From Octopus sinensis (Eukaryota): DNA of 64,000 bases. Positions 24,217 to 37,795 of this stretch are shown here, piece after piece. The stretch spans positions 92,504,001 to 92,568,000 of the forward strand of contig NC_043001.1 in assembly GCF_006345805.1 (NCBI RefSeq), written 5' to 3'. Each line of letters opens with the position of its first letter. Position 1 is the first letter of the stretch. Made by a program: the position numbers and the translations under genes. The notes below the pieces were generated by a model. It worked only from the letters and a program-made list of their open reading frames with translations. It ran no database searches and was not told where the DNA came from.

Positions 24217-25128
24217 TTGCTCAATTTCCAATCTGATTCATCTAATAATGCTAAACAGAAGAGAATTGCAAAGGAAGTGTCGCAGCTCAAGGGCGGTCTT
24301 GCAAAGTCTTTGATACCTTCATTGGATGATCTAGGACAGGTCGACTGCCAACCAGTGCAGCCAGTTCTAGCAAAGTTTGATCCAAAAATTTATGGAAATC
24401 AGAGACGTGACTTCTCGTCAAGCTGGTATACTGGTCGTTTATGGTTAGAGTATTCTCTTTCAAAGAAAGCCTTGTTTTGTTTTGCTTGTTGGCACTTTTA
24501 TACTTCTGCTCCAGCTGATACTTGCTTTATCAAAAATGGATATTCTAATTGGCATCATGCAAAAGAAAAACAAAGGTTCAAATAAGCACGCAAACTCTGC
24601 ATCCCATATCCAAGCTATGGTAACATGGAAGGAACGCTCACAGCATTTATCCACAACAACATCCGTGTCTTCAATCTTGCAAAATGATCAGTTGAGCAAA
24701 AACTGTTACTATATCAGTTGATATTGTTCATTTTCTTTGTGCAAACGAATTGCCTTTATTCAGAAGATGATACGCAGCCTTGTGGTCTTTTTATGAAATT
24801 ATTCCTGTACACATTAGAGAAAGAATGTCACAACACGATTCCAAAAAATGCGACCTACACCTCAGCAGCAATGCAAAACGAAATCATTGAATTGTTGAGA
24901 AGACACACTGTCAGACTCATGATCGATGTTTATTTGAAATTATATAAAGATAATGTTTACAGATTTGGCTGCTATCTCAAGCATGTAGAATGACCTTTTA
25001 GGCTTAACTATGTGCTTGTTGAAAATCATTAAAAAAATATTGGAGGTGATGATAAAAATTCTTCGAGGAGTTTTTGTCCGTACCCCTTTTCAGCACCCCC
25101 AGCTGCAATCGGCTGGCTATGTGGCTGA
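24217..25128 (+). mobile_element. hAT (Tip100/ZMYM-type) transposase remnant with right-end TIR-like sequence
   Basis: TTF-type zinc finger WLEYSLSKKALFCFACWHF...GYSNW...H and DUF4371-like NATYTSAAMQNEIIELL. CAGCACCCCCAGC...GGCTATGTGGCTG at about 25090-25128. Confidence 0.75.
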
Positions 25129-27486
25129 TATACACGTGTGCTCGTACGCATGCACATACACCTGCTGACAGCAAATACATCCTAATCGAAACATATAAGT
25201 CTGCACACATACGTGTACTGGCATATACATACATATGTAGTGGATCTTGCATGAATGAAGTGGATTTGATCCACCACAGCCAAATTTAAATTAACACTGC
25301 AACAGAACTTTTCCCACGGTGGAACAATGGTTTTTCCCTGACGCACTTTCATTTGTTTACAAGTTACACATTCTGCGATGCACACATTCTGCGACGACTC
25401 GTTTTACTAAAACAGCTAAATTCATGTGCATATCTTTTTGAATGTTCCTTATTTATTATTCAGATTTTGGATGTACTTTTTTTGGTTCACTTTGAAATTG
25501 TTTGTATTGTTGCATATACACATGCATGCAACTTTCCTCACTTCCTGGCCTTGCGCATGCATCTGCACACATGGTTTATACACACACAAATGCTATCTCT
25601 GTCACATTCAAGCACCACACATGCCTTTCTCGCTTGTTTTCCATACTCAATGTACCCTTGTAGACACAACTCATCTCTGTAAGACCCTTGGTCAGTCACG
25701 CATATATAGAGAAAGTTGTTTGTCCCTTACAATGCACCAGCATGCCACACTTTCACTCCTGCACGATCGAGGCATATAATACCTCATGCACCGGCTGGCG
25801 GCCTCAGCCTTACTGCATTAATCACTGGCATATTCAATACTGCACACTGTATTTGTAATCAATGCACTAGCCTTCCCTTGCAAGCCCTATTGCACACATG
25901 CACATACAACCCTATTATGCATCTACAGCCTTATTTTGCAACACGTCTGCATCAGCTCAATTCTTCTCCTGACTCGAAGCACGTCGGATGACCACATGCT
26001 CTGCGCCCCCTTTTTTAGACATAATTTCCCCTCGTTAGACTCCTCTTTAGTCACGTAATTAACAGAGAAAATTATCTGTCTCACGTATCACTCCAGCATG
26101 CTTACCCTGTCGCCCTTGCTAACTCAGCAATTAACTATGAGAACAGCACCAGACGCATTTCACTGCTGAAAAAAATTCCAAGGCATTTACCATGCATTTC
26201 TTTGTCTCCTTCGATTGTTCATTTACATTCCAGGAATCACACTGGCGAGGGGAGTGATGTAGTGGATTTTGCATGCATGAAGTGGATTCGATTCACCACA
26301 GCCAAATTTAAATTAACACTGCAACAGAATTTTTCCCACAGTTTTACATTTTCCAGATGCCTTTAGCTAGGCTGAAATAATGTCTTCACCACTTGAAACT
26401 TTCTAACCTCTCCTACTTCACCAAAAGCTAGAATAGAGATAACAAGACCACCAACTAAATCTATTGTTCCCAATGATATATCTATCCTTCTGGATAGTTA
26501 TAAAAGTAAGCACACCCCAAGCAAAAATCAGTTACTCACAATCGGTGACGACTCAACCAAGTAGTCACTGCAGTGACGACGAAGTCTGGCTGACCAGCTA
26601 GAACCTTGGTCAGAGGGAGAAATGAAGTTTACTGTCAGCAACTATGAGACAACACCCTACTACTCTCACTAGCTCTAATTCTGTTCTCTTACAACATCAT
26701 TCTATCTCTCTCTGTATTTACTACTAAGCAATGAAGAGGACACAAACGCAAACTTTACTTTGCATGCTTTAACATAATAGTAAATAAATATTTTCTTAAA
26801 ACTCCATGCATTCTTCATCTTTCACATCTTACAACTTGCCGTCCTAACAACAAATTTTTATTGTCACAATTGCTGACTCCGAAATTAATCATTATATTGT
26901 ATATCTAATCAATATCTCCCATTACAATTGGTGACTCTCGACAATCAACATAAAAAATTTATCATTACACATATATGTATCCGTAAACATGCACACATGT
27001 GTGTGTAGTATGCATCTTTTAGTTTTCTTATACTTAATGCAATTACAAGGTTTTGGTCAGCCCAAGACTTAACTTCAATTCTTAACACTTTTCTGCATAA
27101 AATTGTGTGCAGCATCTGCCCCAGAGTCTTTTTTTTTTTTATGAATCCGCATTTGCTAATCATATTACATCTCACACTAATTGAAGAGATGGCCCTCTAT
27201 AGGTGTGACGATCACCATGTGTGTATGTAATGTCAGGTTACTTATAAGGTCTGACGTAGGTACTGTGAGTAACATGGAATCCAGTACAACCTGATACTTG
27301 GTCAGGTTGTCGGTGACTAAATCAGCGCCCCCACGCTTTATAACCTTAAACTTTAGTAATAAGAATCTTGAATTATCTTTATGCTTTATAGGATACCTTA
27401 ATATCATTATCGTTGTAATATAACTCAATCAGACTACCTTTGCACCTACTTAAGCTGACAATAGTTAATGGTGACTATGGTATATA

Positions 27487-27680
27487 TAGTTGAAATTTAC
27501 AGAAAGACAAAAGACGAAGACAGGTGTATAAATAACAAGTAGGTGTATTAGTTTGATGCTCGAGAAGGTGAGAAAGTCTTTTACATTTCAAGCCTGTGCT
27601 CTTCAACAGAAAGGAATGTGAGGAAATAAACAGAGAGAGAATAAAAAAACTTCAGGAGTTAGCGGTCAATCATGGTGACT
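27487..27680 (-). mobile_element. Penelope-like pseudo-LTR fragment
   Basis: Reverse complement of the segment that follows the GIY-YIG remnant at 60780-60980. Confidence 0.6.
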
Positions 27681-28759
27681 GGTGTCGGCTTCATCAAACA
27701 GCCTCACACTTTCCATCATGTTCTATAGTTGATTTCCTGTTATATTACAGGTCTTTACACAGACCAAATTTACTTATACATAAAGTCAATGAATTTTATT
27801 TACTAAGCAATTAAATAAACCATGCAATGAAACTAAAAAAATTTATGCTAGAAAAATACTGCAAAAGTAGCTCACATACCGAAACTCTGAACTATTAACT
27901 CCATAACAGTAAAATTTTAAGTATATATTAAAGTATATATAACATTAAAGTACATATAACATTAAAATATATATAAAAATAAGTACAAAACATAAAAAGT
28001 TCAATCAAATCAATAACTTTATTTACTATATCAGTATAAATGTATTATTTCTTTTATACAAATTTTAAAATATTCTAGAGCCGTTAACATTTTTCTAATC
28101 CTCTTAAAAATTTTTTGGTCTTTCTAAAAGGATTTCTGCTCTTGAAGAAATTCGTGTTTATAAAAATATCTGAACCCCACTAAAAAATTTTATGAATCTC
28201 CTGAAAAATTCTGTGCCCCACTGTAAATAGGACAGCTACATGGTTATTAATTGTTATTAAATTTTAAAAAAATATCATCAAGTAACATATCAAATTTCAT
28301 GTCATTATCTTGAATAATTAAAAACTTTAAGGGGCCTCAATGGACGTAAAGGGGTGTTTGTCTTTATTTACTTTTTTCCAGCTGATTCCGGATTTGGACT
28401 AAGTTTTTCATACATACATACAAACACACGCACATATATGCATGCGTTTACACACGCGCATGTGTGCGTGTGCAAATGATTTGCAATGTTTAACATAGAT
28501 TAGCCCTTTGATAAATATAGATAAAATAAACACCAGACTGGTATTGATATGATCAACTAAAATCCTTGATGGATGATCTCCCAGTATGGCTGCAGTCATG
28601 TTAAAAGCCAGAAGTATTAGCAGGTCACTACACTTAGCAAGGCCATTGCCTCTGACTTTAAATGTTATGATTTAATATACAGATATTTAATACAGATATT
28701 TAAACAGATCATTTTCACTTGTATTTGTATACAGTGTTAATAGTGTTTATTATTTTCTA

Positions 28760-29990
28760 ATTTATGATGAAACATAAACAGTGTTTTTTGGCAAGAGTGT
28801 TAGTCAAGCAAAGAACAAAGGAAGATTATCGAATTTCCATCTCTAATTGAACCTTGAATTGATGACATTATGACAACGATATCACAATGACTATAGGATA
28901 TTGAATAGCTGATTACTTTTCCATGCTTGAGGATTATGTTGCAATAAATTTTGACTCAGACATCTCTGTTTGCAACAAATTGTTTAAGGTGGCAAATATT
29001 TTAGGAGATGGTGTTGTAGTCAGTAGAACTTCCCTGAAATTATGTCTTACTATTAATGCTTCATAATCAAAACCAATAATTAAATATTCATCTTTAATTA
29101 CTGAAAATATTGTGAATGTAACTGTCCCACTGGTCATTATACTCATGCAATTAGATGCCATAAATGTGCTGACATTTATTTTCAATAAATAAATAAAATT
29201 GCAAAGGGCAAACTTTTCAATGGCTGTTATTCTGTTTTGGTGGAATATATCTGTAAAAAATAATAATAATGAAATTATTGTATACAGTGCTCAGATGCAC
29301 TGTAACTGAGCAACTGAGTTGAAATCTTCTGTTGTAGCAGATATATGTAGTTTACTCAAAAGGATTTTCAAAAGGGATATTCTGATAAAGGAAGGTTGTA
29401 ATATACCATGTATTCTGCCATTGGATTTATGTTTCTCTACTGAAAAAGAAAAGGTTTTGGATCACATAAGATGGTATTGCTTTCTTTGATGCCATAGAAA
29501 GTGGTTTATATATGACACTTTTATCATAAATCAACTTTTTTTTCTAACTGCCAAAACTTGGAAAATAGACACCCTCCAAGGACAATTTCAGAGAATATGT
29601 TACTGGAATAATTGGTCAACCACTTCCAGATGTTGAAATTAAAATTGTGGATGATAAAAACTGTGTTGCCGATATTGGTAAAGAAGGTTATTTATGTGTG
29701 TAAAATAGATGGTGCACAAACATAAATACTGACAGAGAATCACTTCTAGACAATGGATGGTTTTAAGACATGAGACATTTGTAAAATGATAGAGAATACG
29801 GAAATAATTATGCTTGGCAGAAATGTTAACTTCATTCAGAAGTCTGCAAGAAAATTATCAGATCTGCAGAACAACAGTGCATTGTTAACCAGATAATGAT
29901 GACATCGTTATCGTCTGTACCAGCTGAATTACAAAATGAATTGTAAAGAACTGTTGAAAAAAAATTATTCAATTCTGCATTGAAAATATA
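28760..29990 (+). pseudogene. Degenerate tandem paralog of ANL exon 2
   Basis: Colinear with 14720-16050. Example: DNFREYVTGIIGQPLPDVEIKIVDDKNCVADIGKEGYLCV*NRWCT versus HNIGDYVPGIIGRPFPNTEAKIVDDKNCIVDIGQEGYLCVRSKWCT. It has TAA at 29701, TGA at 29771, a +1 frameshift near 29761 and an eroded P-loop. The 3' end runs into a Tc1 remnant and no exon-1 copy is visible. Confidence 0.88.
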
Positions 29991-30290
29991 AAATACATTG
30001 ACACAGCTAATGTTCGAAATTGGCTTGAATAGTACAAAAGTGATATAGAGTACTTGGAGTGGCCCTCTCAATCACCAGATCTTAATAAAATTGAATGATG
30101 CATTTTGGAGCAGCCAGTGGGAAGCCACTTCCCTTAGCTATTGTTGCTCTAAGAGCTAAAACAGAATGGCTCAAAATTGCTCTAACCACCTTTCAGAACC
30201 AGTACGAGTCTATTGCTTGATGCATTAAAACTAATTGATTCCAAAGGTGGTCCAACTCGATATTAAACAATTTCCATTTAGTCCACCCTG
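29990..30290 (+). mobile_element. Tc1 transposase C-terminal remnant
   Basis: HTANVRNWLE...IEYLEWPSQSPDLNKIE...KGGPTRY*, ending in a TIR-like CCACCCTGT. Confidence 0.7.
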
Positions 30291-31145
30291 TGTGTGTGCG
30301 TAGATATATATATATATCAAAATAAGCAACAAGTATATGTTGGGTAATTTGGTACAATCGCTTCATGCTACTTCATTTTATTAAACATTGTAAGTATTAC
30401 ATCAGTTTTAAAATGTTGAGCAATCTTCAGCCATTTATAGAAGTCTTCCATCAAACAGACAATACATATTCTTATTTCCATTTCTGGTGCCTCTGACTTA
30501 AGTACCATATTCATCTGAATCTAAATTTTGCTGAACATATATATATATATACATTTATATACATATATATATGTACGTACATATGTATGCATGGCCTAGC
30601 GGTTAGGGTGTTGCTCTCATGATCGCGAGATTGTGATTTCAATTCCTAGACCAGATAGTGTATTGTGTTCTTGAGCAAAACACTTCATCTCATGTTGCTC
30701 TGCAATCACTTCAACACCTGATACATGGCACACCATGTGCCTCTTCAGGCAATGTCAATTTGATAGTGGGAGTAAGCAAATGTACATATAAACAAATCAT
30801 TTGTGCTGGTCATTTGGCAAAAGCTGAATGCTCATACGTCATCTTCAATGGGAGACTCCATCATATCTATAAATTTAAATGGTAGAGATCACAGAAATTG
30901 TGGTGTTATTGGATTAGTAGATTCCAGCATATGATTGTCTAATAAGGCACTCCGATGGAACAATTTAGACCAATCAGTCAATAGATAGACTGATTAATAA
31001 CATTTCAAGCTTCTGTTACAAAACTGGAACAAATTAAGAGATAAACTAGATAGTTCACAACTCTAATCCCCAAAATAACATAGGTTACTCGTGGTGGGTG
31101 ATAAATTTAATAAGTTAAAAGAATAGAACAAAGATAGTTCATTTC

Positions 31146-31478
31146 GAGCTACATGTGTTTCCATAGGAACTCATTCACTATGTGCAAATGCATGCAGTTG
31201 CATTTGTTATAATGTGCACCACTTCTTCAGGTTCACGAACTGTATCCGACATATCGATTGTGCTAACACATCCAAAAACCAGCAGAAATACATTAGTAGA
31301 AACAAGAAGGAAGCTCCACCCCTGCTAATGTTGAGTCTTCGCTGGTGTCTCGGATCAAATTATCAGCACAACTGATAGGCTGCCAGGTGCAGTTTGAGGG
31401 TTTGACAAAGTGGTGCACATTATAACGTAATTGCATGCATTTACATGTAATGAGTTACTATGGAAACACATGTACCTC
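31146..31478. mobile_element. MITE-like inverted-repeat element
   Basis: Arms of about 70-80 bp: GAGCTACATGTGTTTCCATAG...GTTATAATGTGCACCACTT and its imperfect reverse complement at 31408-31478. Confidence 0.65.
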
Positions 31479-31700
31479 TGAAGGAACTGCACTTATACCA
31501 TCCTTTCTACTTTATATATATATATGTGTGTGTGTGTGTGATATATATATATATATATATATACTTACTTGGAAATGGATGCATGGCGTTCAATTATATA
31601 ATAATAATAATATACATATATATATATATATATATATACATACATATTTATACTTACTTGGAAATGGATGCATGGCGTTCAATTATATATAATAATAATA

Positions 31701-31742
<42 letters not shown>

Positions 31743-31772
31743 TAGTGACAGAAGTAGTATTAATATTAAAGA

Positions 31773-32252
31773 GCAATCTTCATGTCCAACTTAAAGTGCA
31801 AAGTTTTGTTAGAACACAGAATACTGCACTATTTATCTTGAGAGGACCTCTCATAAGGATGCATGGTGCATAATAGCATTCATATTTATATCGGTGGTAC
31901 ATGAAAACCATCTGCTACGGGCGCTGTAACTGCTAGGTCATGTGATTTCGACCTGCCCAGTCTCCTCTTGCGACATCAGTGCCTGAAAAGAAATTGAAAT
32001 TCTATATATCATTGACAGTGAGAAACTACTGTTATACCCCTACTGGGCGTCTGCCACTGCTGAGTTCGGGCAGGTTGAAATCACCTGATCTGGCAGATCT
32101 GGTGCCTATAGCAAACGATTCTTGTCTGCCAAGGCTATAAATATGAGTGTTTTTGTGTATCATGCGTCTATATGAGAGGTCCTCTCAAGGTGAAAAATAC
32201 AGTAATCAGTGATCTAATAAAACATTCACATTAAGTTGGACATAAAGATTGC
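31773..32252. mobile_element. MITE-like long foldback element
   Basis: GCAATCTTCATGTCCAACTTAA...TTGAGAGGACCTCTCATA...GATTTCGACCTGCCC pairs with the right half; spacer about 100 bp. Confidence 0.7.
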
Positions 32253-32949
32253 CTTACATATATTTAATTATAATTCGTCTAAACTCTGACGATTTTCTTC
32301 AATTAGAGAATGCAAAAGCTAATAGATTAAAAGAAAAAGCAATGCATGCATTTACTTCAAAATTTTTCTTCTTTGTAGTCTGAAGTAAAAATAATGTAAT
32401 CCACAGAAATATTATATAGATTCGAACATCAACAAACTGATTTTAGTGATGAGAAATTCTAAAAGTTGATTCAAAATCATGTAAATTATACAGACATAAA
32501 ACATAACCAAGTAATCGTAACTCATATTATTTTTCTATAAGACTTAGTTGTATACATATATTTAAAAAAATATTTGCATTGTGATTCATGGCATAAACAG
32601 AATATTGCTGTGATCCAGACATGATAGGCTGCCAAAGTCTACAATATATATCTCGTACATATCATCAACAATCATAAATGTTTACAAAATAGGTGTTTGT
32701 TTTGTCCAGGTAAATGTAACAGAGTGTTTGTTTCTATTGAATTTTATCGAACTTCACCAGATTAATGAAATTATTTTATTAATAAAATTATCTATCTACA
32801 TACAGCATTATATTTCTTTCCTTTATATGCTGTAAAATGCAATAGCAATCTTTTCAATTTTCATAAGAGTTTTATAACCTCCTATATTGGATCGACAAAG
32901 TGAAAGAGAAAATCTTCCGAAATACTAAAGTGATATTGAAAATATGCGT

Positions 32950-34000
32950 GAAATAACATCAGTATTCTGCCACAGTGGAAATACTGCCATTATACAATAT
33001 AGTTGTATCTATCATAATAAATCAATGCTTAGATCAAAAGCCAGGCAGATCAGAGAGCCATTCAAATGTTTAATGGATATGACTTTGTATTGTTGCTTGT
33101 TCGAGATAATACAATTGATATTCATTAAACTGCGAAGAAAATCAATGCAACATAATTCTTTTAAATATCATTTATGTATATCCATCGTCTGTATCCAGTT
33201 TCTTCATCTCCTCAACAATAGTGTCGGTTATTTCATATATGTTGTATGAAATCCTCATTTTGTGTATGGCACAAATTGCCAGTATTGTGCATTGCAGTAA
33301 CTGAAATAATATATTGTTGCATTCCCAAATTGCTTGATTAAATCTTGTGGTGATTTGAGCCACAATTCCGTAGAGAGAGCAACACAATGTATTTGTGTAG
33401 TGTCTGCTGTCGTGATGAATGTATTACTGCTTCTCTTTATTCACTTCTGATGTGCCTTTCTAGTAGAGCTACTTTTACAACTGTGTTTGCTGCTTTCATT
33501 GTAGCTTGCCTGTTATTCTTGGTGTTTACGTATTCATTTGAATCAACTCTACATAAATGCAAAACACCATTTTTGAAGGTCTAAACAAAATTCTCTTATA
33601 AATAGCACCTGGTTTAACAGGCGATAAATATTACTGTTATTGTTATTTCCAGAGTTTCGATATCTAATGTCAGATGGATTTGCAGTCAGAGACATACAGG
33701 TCTGTGAGAACTGTTCCTTTTGTGGCTACTTTCATACCTTCAGTCTTCTGCTACATAAGCCACATTTACTTGTGACCCTTTTTATTGCATATGCTCCAGT
33801 CGTATTTCTTATCATTCCCACCCATTGCTATAATCTCAAGCATTGTTCCTAAAGCATCATTTGAATAGTAATCACTGGCATTAGCAATGATGGCAATACT
33901 CAGGGAACCCTTATTTGAAATATTATTTGTCATTGTGCACATTTGGATCATTACAATTCATTGGCTTCCACTTCTTTTCCTGTTTTACTACTATTACTAC
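32950..34000 (-). mobile_element. Heavily decayed Tc1-like transposase
   Basis: FEWLSDLPG...FIM near 33070 resembles LEWPSNSPDLNPIE, and GNATIYY...NAQY lies upstream. The match is weak. Confidence 0.35.
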
Positions 34001-37000
34001 TGCTGGAAATTTGGGTTCCTCAGCAGTGTAACAGAAAAATGAAACTTAGGAGTGAACCTTTTGGAGTGGTGATATTTCTACAACACAAGAAATCAGTGGT
34101 AACTGTAGTGTATGAGCACCCCCGACAAAGACACTTTAATATTTCTTAGCAGCAGCAGACACAGAAGCAGTAGCATGATAAAAGTTTATGAAGAAATAGG
34201 ACCTACATGAAACAGAAGCTGGTATTGAAATTAACTATAACAACATTCTGTGCCATTTCACCATGAGAGAAGAAAAGAAAAAAGTAACATTTGCAGCATC
34301 ATGAATTTTGCAGTCATAGCATAGCATGTTCAAAACAAAGGAAATGTACAAAGACTGATAAATACCTGTTGTATCCAAAGAACTGACAAAACTATGAGGC
34401 ATTTAGGAGAAATTATTCCTGTTCTCATAGGAGTTCTAGTAACTAAATAAAACCGATGATCAAGTCACAGAGAGATATTAAATATGAAACTAAAAAAAAA
34501 AAAAAAAAAAAAAGGAAATCGTAGAGACCAGCCATCTTTTATACTTCAGAATCTTTAAAAGACAGACTTACTGCTGAAATCTCAAAACATTACTTTTAAC
34601 ATAATCAATATTGTATTCTTTTTTTTTTTATGATTCCTAACTTTGGCAGAATGGTCCATCATTGAATATAAATATCATTCTCATTCCATGATATGAAGAT
34701 AAGTTTCTGAATATATGAATGACTCATTCTGAACCTTTTCTAATAAATAAACTGAATCAACAAACCTCTGATATACAAATGTTTGAAATGTTACTTGGCA
34801 TATTGAATTAAATATCCAACATAACATAAGCACCATTTGATTATAATTCATATATATTAAAAATCATATGAAAACTCCTATATTGAATACTGAAGTTATA
34901 CATTCCTTCATGGTTTTCAATTATTATTGAAGACAATGATCTGTCGTTTTTGTCCATGTGAATAACAATGTAACTGTTGATGAGATATAGGAGAAAGTGT
35001 ACAATTCTGAGTGGATTATATCGTCTGCCTCAAATTAATATAACTCCAGTCTCGGAACAAAGCCATGAGGTGTCCTCAAGATATCCATAATAAAGTTTCA
35101 ACATCATCCAAAATATTTGTTATGAATGGTACTTGTGTGAATGTTACATTAAATGAAAGTGCAATTGGAACAAATTACTGCATTTAAACACATCAGATCA
35201 TATGTAAAATAAAACAAGATATCAATAGAATTGCTTAGCACCACTATTGGGCTTAGGGCTCTTTATCTGGAGTGTTTGCAAACAACAGAACATCTCAAAA
35301 CAAAATTCACATTTACTTATCATTTGTATTGGCTGTGGTCTATCGTCTTGAATTTTGAATGCTTTGTCAGAGCGATTTAGACTTAGCTTCACTGATTCCT
35401 TGGTGTATCCTGTATTAACCTTCAGTATAGACATCATATTTAATGAACAAACTTTTGCCAACTCACCATTTCTGGATTAATTGAGGGAGTGCACTGGTAT
35501 GGATATATGAATGAAACTGATCATTCAAGGTTGGCACAGAAACTACCTTAGACTTCTCCAGCCATGACAATAGAAAATATTTAAAAGCACACTGAAAAAT
35601 ATCTGACTGAAAATTAAGAATTGTTGTAAAGGATCTGAAGAAATTCAAAACAGCAAATGTAGAAGAAAATTATCCATGACAGGAAGTGCAGCATGAGTAG
35701 ATTTTAAGATCACAATCATAGTAATTAGCATGTTGCAGCTATATTCATAAAAAATGGGAATTGTAGACAGAAATAATTTATTCAATATCTTGTTATATTC
35801 CTAATCAAGTCCTCTGCATCATATTGGTTTCAAATTTTGGCATAAGGTCAGCAATTTTGCAGGAGGGGCTAAGTTGATTAGATTGATCCCAATGCTCAAC
35901 TGTACTTATTTTGAAAGGATAAAAGGTAAAGTCAACCCTGATGGCATTTGAACTCAGAACATAAAGATGGACAAAATGTCTCAATACATTTTGCTTGGTG
36001 TGCTAATAATTCTGCTAGCTTGCTGCCTTTCTCTACATCATAATACTCTTTACTCTTTTACTTGTTTCAGTCATTTGACTGCGGCCATGCTGGAGCACCG
36101 CCTTTTAGTCGAGCAAATCGACCCCGGGACTTATTCTTTGTAAGCCCAGTACTTATTCTATCGGTCTCTTTTGCCGAACTGCTAAGTGACAGGGACGTAA
36201 ACACACCAGCATCAGTTGTCAAGCAATGCTAGGGGGACAAACACAGACACACACACATATATATACATATATACGACAGGCTTCTTTCAGTTTCCGTCTA
36301 CCAAATCCACTCACAAGGCATTGGTCGGCCCAGGGCTATAGCAGAAGACACTTGCCCAAGATGCCACGCAGTGGGACTGAACCCGGAACCATGTGGTTGG
36401 TTAGCAAGCTACTTACCACACTCCTGCACCTATAATAGTGATTTCAAAATTTGGAATAAGGCCAGCAATATCAGGGAAGGGGAATAAGTCAATTCATTGA
36501 CCCCACTGTTCAACTGATACTTATTTTATCAACTGCAAAAGGATGAAAGGCAAAGTTGACTGGCAACATTGGAACTGCCTCTAATTATAATATCGAATAA
36601 AATAATACTATCTACACTTTCCATTGTTAGGTAACCTTTGACATTTACTTGCCTCTGTTTAGTTTTATAACGTGACTATCTGTAATTTTTGTTTAAATTA
36701 TTGGTTATTATAACTGTCAATGCAGCTGCATATTCCCATGTATGGTAGTTGAAATTGTGATTGATATTTCTGCCGTCATTGTTAGTAGCTACTTTGCAAA
36801 GATCATTACATATTCACAGTTAATAAAAACAAAGCACTTTGGTCTTCTGCTTCCAACATAAAATCACAAAGCTTGCTTGCAAAACTGATGCAAGGCTCTT
36901 CTTCTGAATGTTGCAACATTTTCAGGTGATGTTGAACCAAAAGTTTTCACTGCTAAAAAAGGAAACAATGAAAATAAGATAAAAACAATAAAACTACCAT

Positions 37001-37749
37001 TTTTAATAGATATTTTTTTTATTTTTAAAATTTCCATAATTTTATTTCTTTCATTAAAACATGTCCTTTTGTTGTTTTTTAATATGTTTATGTTTTTTGT
37101 TATTGTCCTTTTGTTATTTCTTTTTTTTTTTCCTTTTCCTCTTTCACTCATTCTTTTACTCATTGCCTTTCTCTCTCACAGCCATTTTCTCAATCCAAAC
37201 AATCAAGGAATAAAATTTTCAAAGAAATACCAATATTTGTAGAGTCCAGAGGAACGGGAGGGGAGAACAACAGAAAAACAACAAAAGTTTAAAAAAAAAT
37301 TTGGTATTTTTCCACCCACCATTACTTAAATTTTTTTTATCCAAATAACATTGTATTTATGTATAACCATATGCAGACATACAAAATGTGTGCATAACAA
37401 CTATACATATGCATGTGTGTTTGTGTGTGTGTATATATGTATATATATATAAACACACACACTTATATACATGTATGTACACACACACACATATATATCA
37501 AGAAGTATATATATATGTGTATATATAAGTATATAAATAAGTACATATATATATAAGTATATATCCTCATCGTTTAACATCGATCTTTCATGCTTATATA
37601 TAAATATATAAGTACATATATATCTATATACACACACATATACATAGACACAAATATATACATATATATATATGCACATATTCATACATGTGTATAAATG
37701 CATATGCATATATACATTCATATATATACACACACACATATGCATATAA

Positions 37750-37795
<46 letters not shown>

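Noticed and set aside
24217-24993. Host ZMYM1-like zinc-finger gene
   Set aside because: It is frameshifted across three frames, truncated and followed by a hAT-like end, so it is a transposase relic.
35463-35560. SYIHTS...QKW followed by GTGAGT on -, as a possible third ANL exon-1 copy
   Set aside because: Similarity to SYCHTP is only a few residues and no downstream ANL exon is present on that strand.
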